DNA from: Dicyema japonicum
Lineage: Eukaryota; Animalia; Dicyemida
Length of the DNA: 64,000 nt
NCBI GenBank assembly: GCA_011109175.1
Contig: RDEW01000041.1
Coordinates: forward strand, 469,288-533,287
Direction: 5' to 3'
Position numbers and translations under genes: made by a program. Numbering within the stretch: the stretch's first letter is position 1; the number at the start of each line of letters is the position of its first letter. Below the pieces are notes generated by a model. It saw nothing but the letters and a program-made list of their open reading frames with translations, did not search any database and was not told the DNA's origin. Below are positions 63,002-64,000 of the stretch, piece by piece.

Positions 63002-63200
63002 TCACACATCAAATGGAAAGACTATAGGAATGACGTCACAAGGAACCTAAAAAAGTGTACGGAGGAACCCATTTCAACTAATGAAATCAAAAATACGAAC
63101 CTCACACATCAAATGGAAAGACTACAGGAATGACGTCACAAGGAACCTAAAAAAGTGTACGGAGGAACCCATTTCAACTAATGAAATCAAAAATACGAAC
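63002..63200. repeat. 100-bp direct tandem duplication within L5
   Basis: tcacacatcaaatggaaagac occurs at 63002 and 63102. Confidence 0.9.
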
Positions 63201-64000
63201 CGGAATCTCACAAACATCATAGTGACATATTTGCAACTATATACTAAGAAGAATTCTTGAATGAAAACCGTAACAAATGTATCCACATTTCACCTATAAC
63301 CTTGGGACTGATCAAAGAAAAAAAGTCGACTGAGAACTAAGTTAAGAAGATGTGTTGACCGGATGGACCACATGGCGCTACGGATCGGCTCAAATAACCA
63401 AAAGAACCATCGAATGCTGGCATTAAGTACGGAGACCTTTCTTTTCATTTACACGAAGATAATCCTACCGAGTTTATTACATGGATGCGATGAGTGGTAC
63501 CTATCCACGAAGAAAGAAAGGATATTATCACTACTGGCGAAGTCTAAAAGATCAGCCATAAAGTTAGCCCTGGGCAGAAGACTACGCGACGTCCTGAGTA
63601 CTGAAAAAGACGGGAGTCTTGCCCCAGTGAAGCAAATTGTGAAAAACTGGATTTGTGGATTCCTACGTAAGAACGCACATTAATTATGGAGATGGGGGAC
63701 GTCAAAAGGACCAGGCCGCAAAGACGTACTATTTAAAACCCCTATATCTAACTCCTAATCCGGGAAGTTTGTCGAGATTTATTTTTTACGACCAGCCTCG
63801 ATGGACTTTTAGATCATCTAAGAATTGTGATATTTGAAAGAGTTTGTCAGAAGAATTTTGATTGTTTATATCAATGTTAATGAGATTTTAGAAACAAATT
63901 GGTGTTTTGTTAATTGTTAAAAACATTTGGATTTGAAAAAAGTCAGTCTAGCAGAAATAATTAATAAGTGCTAAGAATGAAATTAATTGCCATCAAGTGA

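Larger units (their letters stand above)
61230..63720 (+). mobile_element. RT-deleted APE LINE, copy L5 (spans an assembly gap)
   Basis: Colinear with L2 and L3 on both sides of the N-run. Confidence 0.72.

Noticed and set aside
1-64000. SL RNA, U snRNA, 5S rRNA or tRNA genes as CRE targets in the repeat unit
   Set aside because: I recognised no convincing structural RNA by eye. An Infernal/Rfam and tRNAscan-SE run would be needed to exclude diverged ones.

Overview
AT-rich eukaryotic DNA (roughly 30% GC by eye), probably from an animal with a very compact genome. The window is a segmental-duplication mosaic with two main components. (1) About ten copies or fragments of three diverged ZYG11/ZER1-like genes (here A, C, D; BC/VHL-box-like N-terminus, LRR-like region, ARM-like region). 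Hand-splicing shows their reading frames are restored only by removing tiny GT-AG introns: 13 introns of 21-24 nt in paralog C, at the same positions in paralog A, where one is GC-AG. The ORF track misses these genes because of the micro-introns. Every copy carries frameshifts, deletions or lost starts, though some 1-nt homopolymer indels may be sequencing errors. (2) A dense set of retroelements. These include several distinct CRE-clade non-LTR lineages (PHD finger-RT, plus CCHC-RLE where the 3' end is present), one of which (1-2492) is open except for a single homopolymer frameshift. There are also five copies of an RT-deleted gag+APE LINE, R4-like RT/RLE fragments, RTE-like APE fragments and MULE transposase scraps. 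Many junctions show microhomology, and there are inverted templated duplications. I found no rRNA, tRNA, snRNA, SL RNA or CRISPR features. Family calls come from motif recognition only; no database search was run. Most element boundaries are approximate (about 20-50 nt).
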